A stretch of 64,000 bases of DNA, taken from positions 18,751 to 82,750 of the IMG/VR virus record IMGVR_UViG_3300033072_000683. One strand, written 5' to 3'. Positions 38,432-46,922 of this stretch are shown here, piece by piece. The translations under genes were made by a program, and so were the position numbers. The DNA is from a virus. Its lineage: Duplodnaviria > Caudoviricetes. A model generated the notes under the pieces. It was given only the letters and a program-made list of their open reading frames with translations. It had not been told where the DNA came from and made no database searches. Numbering within the stretch: the first letter of the stretch is position 1; every line of letters begins with the position of its first letter.

Positions 38432-39487
38432 ATGTCCAAACGATTCAAGAGGGCCATCCTCATTGGCCGATTCGAACCAGCCCACAACGGGCACCTCGCT
38501 AACTTCCTACAAGGCTTTGAGATTGCTGACGAAGTAATCATCCTTCTGGGTAGTTCTTTCCAACCTCGCACGCCCAAGAATCCTTTTACTTGGCAAGAAC
38601 GAGATGAAATGATTGCCGATGCTATCACTGCGGCAGCACCTGGGAAGGTGTTTTCAATTCTTCCGATTCCTGACTTCAAGTACAGCAACAATGCCTGGAT
38701 TGCTGAAGTTCAGCGAGTTGTTCGCGAGCATGAACCCGATATTGATGACAAGGATATTGCTATCCTTGGTTACGATAAGGATGATTCCAGTTGGTACAAC
38801 CATGCTTTCCCTGAGTGGACTTTTGTTCCGCTGAAGGGCTTTGTCGAATTCGGTTCCAAGCCGATTGACGCTACCAAGGTGCGTGAACTGTTCTTTGAAG
38901 GTCACCTCGATTTCATGCGCAGTGCCGTTCCGGAGCCTGTCTTCAAGTATATGCAGAATTGGGCCAAGACCCCTGCATACCAACAAATGGTGGAAGAATA
39001 TGTCTTCTACAAGGATTACCACAAGAAGTGGGATCCCGCTCCTTTTGTGCCTATCTTCCAGACTACTGACGCAGTGGTTATTCAAGGTGGTCACATTCTT
39101 CTTATCGAGCGAGGTCACTCGCCCGGTAAGGGACTTTGGGCACTGCCCGGTGGCTTCCTGAATCCTCGCGAGACTATCGAAGATTGCATGGTCCGCGAAC
39201 TGTTGGAAGAAACCAAAATCAAGGTCCCCGAGATTGTCCTGCGTAAATCGATTACCTATCACAAGGTCTTTGATCATCCGGATCGCGACCTGCGTGGTCG
39301 CACTATCACGCAGGCATATCTGGTTGAGCTGACCGGCGGTGACGGCAAGCTTCCAAAGGTGAAGGGAGCCGACGATGCCAAGAAAGCCGAATGGTTCAAA
39401 CTTTCCGAAATTGATACCATGGGCGAGATGATCTACGCAGATCACCAACACATTATCCAAACGCTGGTAGCCCGCGCAAGGAAGTGA
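38432..39487 (+). CDS. bifunctional NMN adenylyltransferase / ADP-ribose pyrophosphatase (NadM-Nudix, NatV-like)
   Basis: GRFEPAHNGH, RTPKNPF, Nudix box GGFLNPRET…RELLEET, DHQHII. Confidence 0.92.
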   Translation: MSKRFKRAILIGRFEPAHNGHLANFLQGFEIADEVIILLGSSFQPRTPKNPFTWQERDEMIADAITAAAPGKVFSILPIPDFKYSNNAWIAEVQRVVREHEPDIDDKDIAILGYDKDDSSWYNHAFPEWTFVPLKGFVEFGSKPIDATKVRELFFEGHLDFMRSAVPEPVFKYMQNWAKTPAYQQMVEEYVFYKDYHKKWDPAPFVPIFQTTDAVVIQGGHILLIERGHSPGKGLWALPGGFLNPRETIEDCMVRELLEETKIKVPEIVLRKSITYHKVFDHPDRDLRGRTITQAYLVELTGGDGKLPKVKGADDAKKAEWFKLSEIDTMGEMIYADHQHIIQTLVARARK

Positions 39488-39488
39488 T

Positions 39489-39725
39489 ATGTGGTATGTC
39501 GCGATTGAGCGTATCAATGGGAGATACAAGTTTGCCGAAATTGTCGACAAACTGCAAATTCGCGGCTTCGAAGATAGAGTGGAATATTCCGAGGGCGGCT
39601 GGCAAGATTATATGTTGCATACAGTCTTGCCACACCTGAAGTTTGATTGCGAAGACGACGCCTTAGCATATGTTCTTGCATTTGGCGGAGAGGTTAGTAA
39701 AGAATTACCGATAAGGCTAACATAA
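39489..39725 (+). CDS. small hypothetical protein
   Basis: 78 aa, FDCEDDALAYVLAF motif. Confidence 0.6.
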   Translation: MWYVAIERINGRYKFAEIVDKLQIRGFEDRVEYSEGGWQDYMLHTVLPHLKFDCEDDALAYVLAFGGEVSKELPIRLT

Positions 39726-39735
39726 GGAGTTTATT

Positions 39736-40062
39736 ATGCCTTGCAGAGATTATATGGATGACAACAGACCCGACCCTCAGGTCGGTGTCTTGAAGGACCG
39801 TTGCAACAAGCTTTCGCGCATTGCGTGTAAGGCATTGGAACATATCGAGAAGTCCGGAGACGGACTTGAGATTCTGATCCTTCAGGATCCGGAAATTCAA
39901 GAATGGTGGACTGCTCATAAGGAAGCAGATCGCCAACAACGGGAAGAAGAAGCACGACGTCGAGCGGCTGCGGCTGAAAAACGTCGCCTGGCAAAAATTA
40001 AGGAAGAAACGCTTGCGACTTTGACCCCGGATCAGATTAAGGCGCTTGGTCTGAAGAAGTGA
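39736..40062 (+). CDS. hypothetical protein
   Basis: 108 aa, strong SD. Confidence 0.65.
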   Translation: MPCRDYMDDNRPDPQVGVLKDRCNKLSRIACKALEHIEKSGDGLEILILQDPEIQEWWTAHKEADRQQREEEARRRAAAAEKRRLAKIKEETLATLTPDQIKALGLKK

Positions 40063-40304
40063 TTTATTTCGTTTATTCGGACACAGTACAGAAACATGCA
40101 GGCTTTCCGGAAATTGGGTCAATCAACAAGAATTCCAAATTTGCTGATTTAAGATTCAAAGAGAAAGCAATGGCAGAATCTATATTCACTTTCGAAAACG
40201 GAAAGACAGTTTATATGAAGAACAGACATGATGCACTACCAAATGGATATCAGTTTTCCGAAGAGGAAAGATTGGTAATTGTGCTGAAGGCTGTTCCTCT
40301 ATAA
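40059..40304 (+). CDS. small hypothetical protein
   Basis: 81 aa, GTG start. Confidence 0.55.
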   Translation: MIYFVYSDTVQKHAGFPEIGSINKNSKFADLRFKEKAMAESIFTFENGKTVYMKNRHDALPNGYQFSEEERLVIVLKAVPL

Positions 40305-40354
40305 GAAAGTCCTAACAGGGAGTTAGGCATTTAACTGATAAGGAGTTTATCATC

Positions 40355-41737
40355 ATGAAATTTGCAAAGAACATCATTCTCAACAGCGATAGTTACAAGT
40401 ACAGCCAGTGGGTGCAATATCCTATGGGCACCGAATACGTTTACTCGTACATCGAGTCCCGCGGCGGCGAATACGACAAGCTGGTTTTTATCGGCCTCCA
40501 AGCTTTCCTTCGTGAGTACATGACCACACCGGTTACCAAAGCAATGGTTGACCAGGCGGAAATGATTCTGAAGGCGCATGGTGAGCCGTTTAACCGCGAA
40601 GGTTGGGACTATATCGTGCGTGAGCACGGTGGCCGTCTCCCTGTCGAAATCAAGTCCGTGGACGAGGGTTCGGTAATGCGTCTGAAGAACGTGCTTGTTT
40701 CGATTGTCAACACTGATCCGAAGTGCTACTGGCTGACCAGCTTCTTGGAAACTGCCCTGCTTCGCGCAATCTGGTATCCTACCACTGTGTGCAGCAACAG
40801 CTACCATAGCAAGGAAATCATCCAAGAATTCCTGAACCGCAATGGCGATCCTTCGCTCATTGACTTCAAGTTGCATGATTTCGGTGCTCGCGGAGTGTCG
40901 AGCCTGGAAAGTGCTGCATTGGGTGGTATGGCACACCTGGTTAACTTCATGGGCACCGACACTGTGTCGGGAATCATGGCTGCGATGGAATACTACGACG
41001 CACAAGTCTGTGGTTTCAGCATTCCTGCCATGGAGCACAGTACCGTTACCAGCTGGGGTCGTGAGAACGAAGTTGAAGCATATCGCAACATGCTGAAGCA
41101 CTATGGTAAGCCTGGTGCCTTGCTTGCTTGCGTGAGCGACAGCTATGACATCTACAAGGCTTGCGAGAAGTGGGGAACTGAGCTGAAGCAGGAAGTGATC
41201 GATAGTGGCGCGGTGGTTGTTGTCCGTCCGGACAGCGGCGATCCTGTTCAAGTCGTGAACGATTGCCTGCGAATCCTTGATAAGCACTACGGCCACACTG
41301 TGAATGCCAAGGGCTACAAGGTGCTGAACAACGTTCGCATCATCCAAGGTGACGGTATCAATCATCAAATGATTCGTGCCATCCTGACGGTGATGGATCT
41401 GAACGGCTACAGCGCCGACAACGTAGCTTTCGGTCAAGGCGGTGCGCTGCTCCAACAAATCAACCGCGACACACTTCAGTTCGCTATGAAGTGCTCGGCC
41501 GCCAAGATTGCTGGTAAGTGGGTGGAAGTGTATAAGGATCCTGTTACGTCTTCGATGAAGAAGAGCAAGAAGGGCCGTTTGATGCTCGTCACCGGACCGA
41601 ATGGTGAATTTGTTACCAAGAACCTGGAATTTGGCACCGAAATCGATCTGCTGAAGACCCGCTTCATGGATGGCAAGCTCTACAACGAGACCACATTCGA
41701 TCAGGTTCGTGCGTTGGCTAAGGAGACTGTTCGCTAA
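40355..41737 (+). CDS. nadV: nicotinamide phosphoribosyltransferase
   Basis: SDSYKYSQ, HDFGARG, PAMEHS, SDSYD, RPDSGDP, IQGDG, FGQGGALLQ. Confidence 0.93.
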   Translation: MKFAKNIILNSDSYKYSQWVQYPMGTEYVYSYIESRGGEYDKLVFIGLQAFLREYMTTPVTKAMVDQAEMILKAHGEPFNREGWDYIVREHGGRLPVEIKSVDEGSVMRLKNVLVSIVNTDPKCYWLTSFLETALLRAIWYPTTVCSNSYHSKEIIQEFLNRNGDPSLIDFKLHDFGARGVSSLESAALGGMAHLVNFMGTDTVSGIMAAMEYYDAQVCGFSIPAMEHSTVTSWGRENEVEAYRNMLKHYGKPGALLACVSDSYDIYKACEKWGTELKQEVIDSGAVVVVRPDSGDPVQVVNDCLRILDKHYGHTVNAKGYKVLNNVRIIQGDGINHQMIRAILTVMDLNGYSADNVAFGQGGALLQQINRDTLQFAMKCSAAKIAGKWVEVYKDPVTSSMKKSKKGRLMLVTGPNGEFVTKNLEFGTEIDLLKTRFMDGKLYNETTFDQVRALAKETVR

Positions 41738-41761
41738 ATATCCCCGTGCAAACGGAGGATA
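41734..41761 (+). promoter_or_regulatory. late promoter CTAAATA overlapping an SD-sequestering GCAA-tetraloop hairpin
   Basis: TATCCCCGT-GCAA-ACGGAGGATA (one bulged A). Confidence 0.65.
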
Positions 41762-41763
41762 AC

Positions 41764-42858
41764 ATGACAAAAGTAGCAGTATTAGGTGCAGGACAAATCG
41801 GCAGAGCAGTTTACAAAATTCTAACTACACTGCGCGAGGAGTCCGACACCTATGATTTGGAAGCTTTTGTTGTTGATTCCAGACGAGACAGCATCTCTGA
41901 ACTGACATATGGGTCCCACTTTCTAGTGGACCTTATGGAAGTAGATGTAGCAGATTTGGTCAAACTATTGACCGAACAGAAGGTAACGCATGTCATAAAT
42001 GCGTTACCTTTCTTTTTGAATGAAAAAGCGGCATCTGCAGCCGCTCAGGCAAATTGCCATTATATTGACTTCACTGAAGATGATAAGATGGCAGATCGTG
42101 TTCAAGAAATCTTTAAAGGCAAAGGTCTTCATTGTGCTGTAAAATGTGGACTTGCACCGGGCTTTATCAACTATGTTGGATACAACCTAGTTGGCAAAAT
42201 TGATACACCTGACTCACTATTGATTAGCGTAGGTGCATTGCCGAGAATGGTTTCTTATGGCGCAAATGAACCAGAGCATTCGTATAATCTAACCTGGAGT
42301 GTGGATGGACTTGTCAACGAGTACATTCGTCCTTGCAGAATTAGAAGAAGGGGTGTAGAAGAGGAAGTTGCCCCTCTAACGGGACAAGTTAAGGTTGTTC
42401 TAGACGGAACTGAGTATGAAGCAGCCTACACTTCAGGCGGTGTGGGAAGTCTCGTCCGTGACCTTAAGGATGTTCCTAATGTCTGCTATATGACATTGAG
42501 ATATCCGGGCCATTACCGCTTTGTTAGGGGAGTGGTGCAGGATAAGCTAAACGACTTTGAGAAGATTAAGAAAGTTTTCTTAAAGAAGTTCCCATTCACT
42601 GATGACGATGTTATTGTGGTGTATGCTGACGCCCAAGGTGTCAATAATGGTCAACTGACAAGGAGATCATACTACAATAAGTTCTACGGTGTAGATGGTT
42701 TGACTGGAATTCAGGCAACAACCGCCGGCTCGGGAGTGGCTATGTTGGAATTAATGCTTACAGGAAAGGTAAACGGACTTGTAACACATTCTACAGTAAG
42801 CCTGGAAGAATTCTGTAATACAGAAGCCTTCAAACGATACTATAAGACCGGTAAGTGA
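41764..42858 (+). CDS. saccharopine/lysine-6-dehydrogenase family oxidoreductase
   Basis: VLGAGQIG, VINALPF, HYIDFT, CGLAPG, YNLTWSVDGLVNEY, TLRYPGH. Confidence 0.85.
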   Translation: MTKVAVLGAGQIGRAVYKILTTLREESDTYDLEAFVVDSRRDSISELTYGSHFLVDLMEVDVADLVKLLTEQKVTHVINALPFFLNEKAASAAAQANCHYIDFTEDDKMADRVQEIFKGKGLHCAVKCGLAPGFINYVGYNLVGKIDTPDSLLISVGALPRMVSYGANEPEHSYNLTWSVDGLVNEYIRPCRIRRRGVEEEVAPLTGQVKVVLDGTEYEAAYTSGGVGSLVRDLKDVPNVCYMTLRYPGHYRFVRGVVQDKLNDFEKIKKVFLKKFPFTDDDVIVVYADAQGVNNGQLTRRSYYNKFYGVDGLTGIQATTAGSGVAMLELMLTGKVNGLVTHSTVSLEEFCNTEAFKRYYKTGK

Positions 42859-42881
42859 AAAGGGCCCTTCGGGGCCCTTTT
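42858..42881. terminator. bidirectional intrinsic terminator between convergent genes
   Basis: AAAAGGGCCC-TTCG-GGGCCCTTTT. Confidence 0.92.
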
Positions 42882-44653
42882 CATAGTCCTGCGTAAATCT
42901 TAAAGTGTCTTGGTGGCATACCATGCTTTCTAACATAGAAATCGAATGCCCACTTTACACCATGTGTATCGATGGTATCTTTGACTAGGTCACTGAGCCT
43001 TACGTCGCCCTTGCCCCAAGTCGATGACTTAGGAGCTTTTGCGTATTTTTGTGGATCTCCCTGCCAAGGACCCTGGTAAACTTCGTCGACTTCTCTATTG
43101 TGTGCAACAGTGAGTCCGGGCTTACCCATCTTAACCATATCGCCCTTACCCTGTACAACACCCTGGAAGATTAGAGGAAATGCTGCGGTATCATTGTCGA
43201 TAGGTTCTTTTCCACCTAATAGATATCTTCCGTTAGGTTGTAAACCAAGTGAATTAGCTTCATTTGCAGATAGACCTACCATCGGTAATCCAGTTGTGGT
43301 AGCAGTCATCTTGTGCTTTTGATTTCTAATATGAGTTCTCTTGAATCCGTTTTGTGGTTCAGTAGAAACATAGATCATCGGGGTATTACCATTCTTATCA
43401 AACATGATATAGAGTGTTTCTCCACCCGGGGCAAATTCTCTTGCAAAATCAACGTTGAAGTCAATTGTTACGTTGGAACTAGCTTGTTGCTTGGTGCCAC
43501 CGCCAGACTTAATCCATTCTTCTGCATCTGCTACAGCATCCTTGTCCGACATGGATTCGCCACGCTTAACTTCTTCGTGCTTCTTATTCAATACAAGCCA
43601 GGTTACCTTATCGCCTGGGTTTGATGCTGGACGGTAACGAATTGTCCAACCGTGGAACGGAATATCCTTTACTGGCTTTTTCTTAGCAGCCTGGTCGTCT
43701 GCGTGTTGGCGCTGAAGTATGGATGAAAAATCATCTTCCTCGAGGAAGCCCGATAGTCTTTCCTCGTATGTAGCACCATGATGGCGTGTATTAATTTGAC
43801 CGTATTTTGGTTTGTTTCCAGAACGATCGCCAGTTTTTGCATCAATCTTATCGCCGGCCTGCTTAAATCCTACAACCGACTTAGCAAGTTTTCTTAATGG
43901 GCGAGTTTGTACAGCACCGGGCGATGTTACCGCTTTACGGTATTTTTGCATTGTGTCGACACTCAATTCGTCGGTGCGTCTTGCTTCATTCCACATAGCC
44001 ATAACTTCGTCAAGAACCTTTTCGTAGCTTACGTCCTGTGCTGGTGCAGAACGATTAATTCCGCCCATACCGCCATCGGATAGTTTCTCAACAACAGTTA
44101 CATTGTCTATTGGTGCTCTCATTAGACGACCATCTTCGGTTCTGAATAGAACAGCAGTAAATCCATTATGTGGTTCAATCCTTTCAACCTTGCCAGTCAT
44201 TTGCATCTTTTTGGTACGAACGGTATCGCCAATCTCCGGCATTTCACTAGCATCTTCGTCAAGGCTTGCATTCATGTCGGCATCGTATTGTCTCTTCATT
44301 TCGTCGTAATAATCATAGATATCCTTGAAGCCATTTTTCTGTGCAGCCTTATCAAGAATTTCTCCAATTTTGTAGTCTGTGATTCCTTGCTTCTGCAACC
44401 ATGGTCCTAGCCAATCGATAGGGTCTCCATCGGGGAAGATATTTGCGACAACCTCCTCGACTTTTCTCCAGACTGTGTCTAAATCCAATGCTGGCTTCTT
44501 TGGTGCTGCAGGAGCAGGTGCCGGCTTCTGTGGCTTTGCATAGGATTGAGACCATGCATCTCGGCCAGCAGTATCGGATGTCTTAAATCTCTTTTCAACT
44601 CCATCAAGGGATTTAGCAACCCAATTACCTTCTGAAATCTGATCTAGTTTCAT
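42881..44653 (-). CDS. modular acidic head/internal protein
   Basis: 590 aa, MKLDQISE start, modules separated by LDE/LEE/VDE, own late promoter. Confidence 0.65.
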   Translation of the reverse strand: MKLDQISEGNWVAKSLDGVEKRFKTSDTAGRDAWSQSYAKPQKPAPAPAAPKKPALDLDTVWRKVEEVVANIFPDGDPIDWLGPWLQKQGITDYKIGEILDKAAQKNGFKDIYDYYDEMKRQYDADMNASLDEDASEMPEIGDTVRTKKMQMTGKVERIEPHNGFTAVLFRTEDGRLMRAPIDNVTVVEKLSDGGMGGINRSAPAQDVSYEKVLDEVMAMWNEARRTDELSVDTMQKYRKAVTSPGAVQTRPLRKLAKSVVGFKQAGDKIDAKTGDRSGNKPKYGQINTRHHGATYEERLSGFLEEDDFSSILQRQHADDQAAKKKPVKDIPFHGWTIRYRPASNPGDKVTWLVLNKKHEEVKRGESMSDKDAVADAEEWIKSGGGTKQQASSNVTIDFNVDFAREFAPGGETLYIMFDKNGNTPMIYVSTEPQNGFKRTHIRNQKHKMTATTTGLPMVGLSANEANSLGLQPNGRYLLGGKEPIDNDTAAFPLIFQGVVQGKGDMVKMGKPGLTVAHNREVDEVYQGPWQGDPQKYAKAPKSSTWGKGDVRLSDLVKDTIDTHGVKWAFDFYVRKHGMPPRHFKIYAGL

Positions 44654-44677
44654 TGTATGAATCCTTTTCGTTTATGC

Positions 44678-44685
44678 TATTTATC
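44678..44685 (-). promoter_or_regulatory. late promoter GATAAATA (minus strand)
   Basis: tatttatc on +, upstream of 44653. Confidence 0.7.
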
Positions 44686-44691
44686 CAGAGT

Positions 44692-44720
44692 TTGACATTT
44701 GACTTCACTTTGTATATAAT
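44692..44720 (+). promoter_or_regulatory. perfect sigma70 promoter TTGACA-N17-TATAAT
   Basis: Exact consensus; late-type CTAAATA follows at 44736. Confidence 0.85.
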
Positions 44721-44789
44721 GAACAAACTATTGGGCTAAATACTTTCCTGTTGGAATTTCCAATAGATACAATTTAGGAGAAAGTTACG

Positions 44790-45329
44790 ATGATAACAGC
44801 AAAACTTCTCCTTGCGTATCTTCTACAGACAGTTAATATCACCGGTGTAGACATAGACACCAGTAAGATCGATCTCGAACAGGCATACTGCCTAGCCAAG
44901 AACGTATATTACGAAGCAGGTGGAGAAGATATTCAAGGTCAATTTGCGGTTGCGTCAGTTACCCTAAATCGTGCTAATGATTCACGATTTCCTACTACAG
45001 TTTGTGATGTTGTCAAACAAACAACAATCTCGAATGTAAGTAAAAAGATTGTCTGTCAGTTCTCATGGTATTGCGAGGCAGATAAGAAGGGTAAGGATAT
45101 TCCTGTTAGAAACAAGGATGGCAGTATTAACCAATCAGTGGTTGATAGATTCCAGGTAGCAAGTATTGTTGCTATCACGGCCATGGCCGGAGAGGTTCCG
45201 GATGCTTCTGGCGGGGCAACCCACTTCCATAATCCTAGTGTTGTCAAACCAGCTTGGTCTAAGACACTGAAAAGGACTAAGCGTGTAGGCAACCACGATT
45301 TTTACAGATTGCCTCCTCCAACGGAGTAA
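44790..45329 (+). CDS. cell wall hydrolase, SleB/Hydrolase_2 family
   Basis: CLAKNVYYEAGGE, VASVTLNR, QFSW, GATHFH, VGNHDFY; hydrophobic N-terminus. Confidence 0.9.
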   Translation: MITAKLLLAYLLQTVNITGVDIDTSKIDLEQAYCLAKNVYYEAGGEDIQGQFAVASVTLNRANDSRFPTTVCDVVKQTTISNVSKKIVCQFSWYCEADKKGKDIPVRNKDGSINQSVVDRFQVASIVAITAMAGEVPDASGGATHFHNPSVVKPAWSKTLKRTKRVGNHDFYRLPPPTE

Positions 45330-45335
45330 CACAGA

Positions 45336-45358
45336 GGGGCCTTCGTGGCCCCGTTTTT
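45336..45358 (+). terminator. intrinsic terminator
   Basis: GGGGCC-TTCGT-GGCCCC-GTTTTT. Confidence 0.8.
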
Positions 45359-45604
45359 ATGAGCAATTGGCGAAATGATCCCGGCATGATAAAGAGTGTC
45401 GTTTATAAGAGAAGATTTGCTTATCTTCCAACGACTTGTCTTTGTGGGACCAGGGTTTGGTTGAAATTTTATTACAAGCGATTTGAACTATGGAGTCATC
45501 GCACAAATAAGATTTTTGACGATTCGATAGATTTCCATAGCGACTACATTGGCAATATTACCGAAGAGGAATATGTAGTCAGAAAGTTGTCTGAAACGCT
45601 TTGA
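45359..45604 (+). CDS. small hypothetical protein
   Basis: 81-aa ORF. Confidence 0.55.
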   Translation: MSNWRNDPGMIKSVVYKRRFAYLPTTCLCGTRVWLKFYYKRFELWSHRTNKIFDDSIDFHSDYIGNITEEEYVVRKLSETL

Positions 45605-45629
45605 CTTTTTCATAACTATGCCGTAGCAT
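45601..45629 (+). promoter_or_regulatory. sigma70-type promoter TTGACT-N17-TAGCAT inside a hairpin
   Basis: Upstream of thyA. Confidence 0.65.
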
Positions 45630-45648
45630 AGTGAAAAGGACAAGGCGC

Positions 45649-46512
45649 ATGCAGAATTATATTGACCTCATAAAAGACGTACTAGAGAATGGTACAAATA
45701 AGCCCGACAGAACTGATGTCGGAGAATCAAGAGCCGTTTTTGGCCGCCTACTTCGCTGGGATCTAAGCGAAGGTTTCCCAATAATCACAACAAGAAAAGT
45801 TCCTCTGCGCATCGCATTTGAGGAAACAATGTTCTTCCTCCGTGGTGAGACAAACACCAAACTTCTTGAAGGAAAGAAAATTAATATCTGGAAGAAAAAC
45901 ACTACCAGAGAATTTCTTGACGGGCGTGGACTACATCATTTGCCTGAGGGCGACATGGGCAAAGGATATGGTTATCAATGGCGTCATTGGGAAACTGAAA
46001 ATAAAGAAACTGATCAAATTGCAGATCTTCTAACGGGTCTAAGAAAAGATCCGTTTGGTCGTCGCCATGTGGTCACAGGTTGGAATCCAGGGCAGCTGAA
46101 CCTGATGGCTCTTCCACCGTGCCACATGCTGCACATGTATTCCGTTGAGGGTAATTTTACCACCGATGGATGCAAACTGAATAACTGTTTCGTGATGCGT
46201 AGTAATGATGTTCCTTACGGTCTGCCATTCAACATCATGGGTTATGCACTTCTAAATCACATTTTTGCAAAGCACCTGGGACTTGAGCCGGGCGAACTTG
46301 TTTATATGGGATGGGATGTACACATTTATAAGAATCAAATCGAGATGTGTAAGGAGCTTGTTAAGCGCGAACCACGCCCACTACCTAAGCTAGTAATCAA
46401 GAAGGATTTGCCTACACTTCAAGATATCATGGACCTGCAATGGTCCGATATTGAGTTGATTGGATATGATCCTTATCCTGACTTTGCAGACAAACCGGAT
46501 ATGGCAACATAA
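45649..46512 (+). CDS. thyA: thymidylate synthase
   Basis: RRHVV.GWNP, LPPCH, RSND…GLPFN (Asn kept, dUMP-specific type). Confidence 0.93.
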   Translation: MQNYIDLIKDVLENGTNKPDRTDVGESRAVFGRLLRWDLSEGFPIITTRKVPLRIAFEETMFFLRGETNTKLLEGKKINIWKKNTTREFLDGRGLHHLPEGDMGKGYGYQWRHWETENKETDQIADLLTGLRKDPFGRRHVVTGWNPGQLNLMALPPCHMLHMYSVEGNFTTDGCKLNNCFVMRSNDVPYGLPFNIMGYALLNHIFAKHLGLEPGELVYMGWDVHIYKNQIEMCKELVKREPRPLPKLVIKKDLPTLQDIMDLQWSDIELIGYDPYPDFADKPDMAT

Positions 46513-46850
46513 TGTTTTCAACAGGACCGATAATGTTTAACAGCGAACAAATGGAAAAGCTACGCATGATTGATCAATTCTTTGATGCATTCAGCGTAGA
46601 GGATTTTAAAGAACTTGTAGAGAGGGAAGAAATTGTTGCAAGACTGAAGGGTAAGCCGACAACAAATAATCCTTTGACAAATTTAGTTCTTCAACATCAA
46701 ACCATGAATAGTCAAATTATGACTCTGCAGGGAGAGTTGGCTTCTCTTAAGTACGATGTTCAACAAATCGTTAAGGCCCTAGTAAAGCCATACGAATATT
46801 CAGCCTCGAGCGATATGAACGCTCTAAAATCGAAGCACAACGTCTATTGA
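46512..46850 (+). CDS. hypothetical coiled-coil protein
   Basis: 112-aa ORF. Confidence 0.55.
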   Translation: MFSTGPIMFNSEQMEKLRMIDQFFDAFSVEDFKELVEREEIVARLKGKPTTNNPLTNLVLQHQTMNSQIMTLQGELASLKYDVQQIVKALVKPYEYSASSDMNALKSKHNVY

Positions 46851-46852
46851 GG

Positions 46853-46860
46853 GATAAATA
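46853..46860 (+). promoter_or_regulatory. late promoter GATAAATA
   Basis: Upstream of folE. Confidence 0.65.
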
Positions 46861-46922
46861 CTTTTGTCACACAACGGTGACAAATTTCAAAACTCAATAT
46901 CCGCGTTAGGAAGGATTCATAT

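Noticed and set aside
38654-39550. 298-aa minus-strand ORF
   Set aside because: Antisense to the clearly identified NMNAT-Nudix gene.
40331-41770. 479-aa minus-strand ORF
   Set aside because: Exact antisense shadow of nadV, with no motifs or RBS; expected from biased codon usage.
45649-46512. ThyA as a dCMP hydroxymethylase
   Set aside because: PFN Asn retained and canonical dTMP-synthase motifs present.
46861-46922. Possible preQ1 riboswitch before folE
   Set aside because: Only a simple TTTGTCAC/GTGACAAA hairpin; the preQ1 loop and A-rich tail signature are absent.
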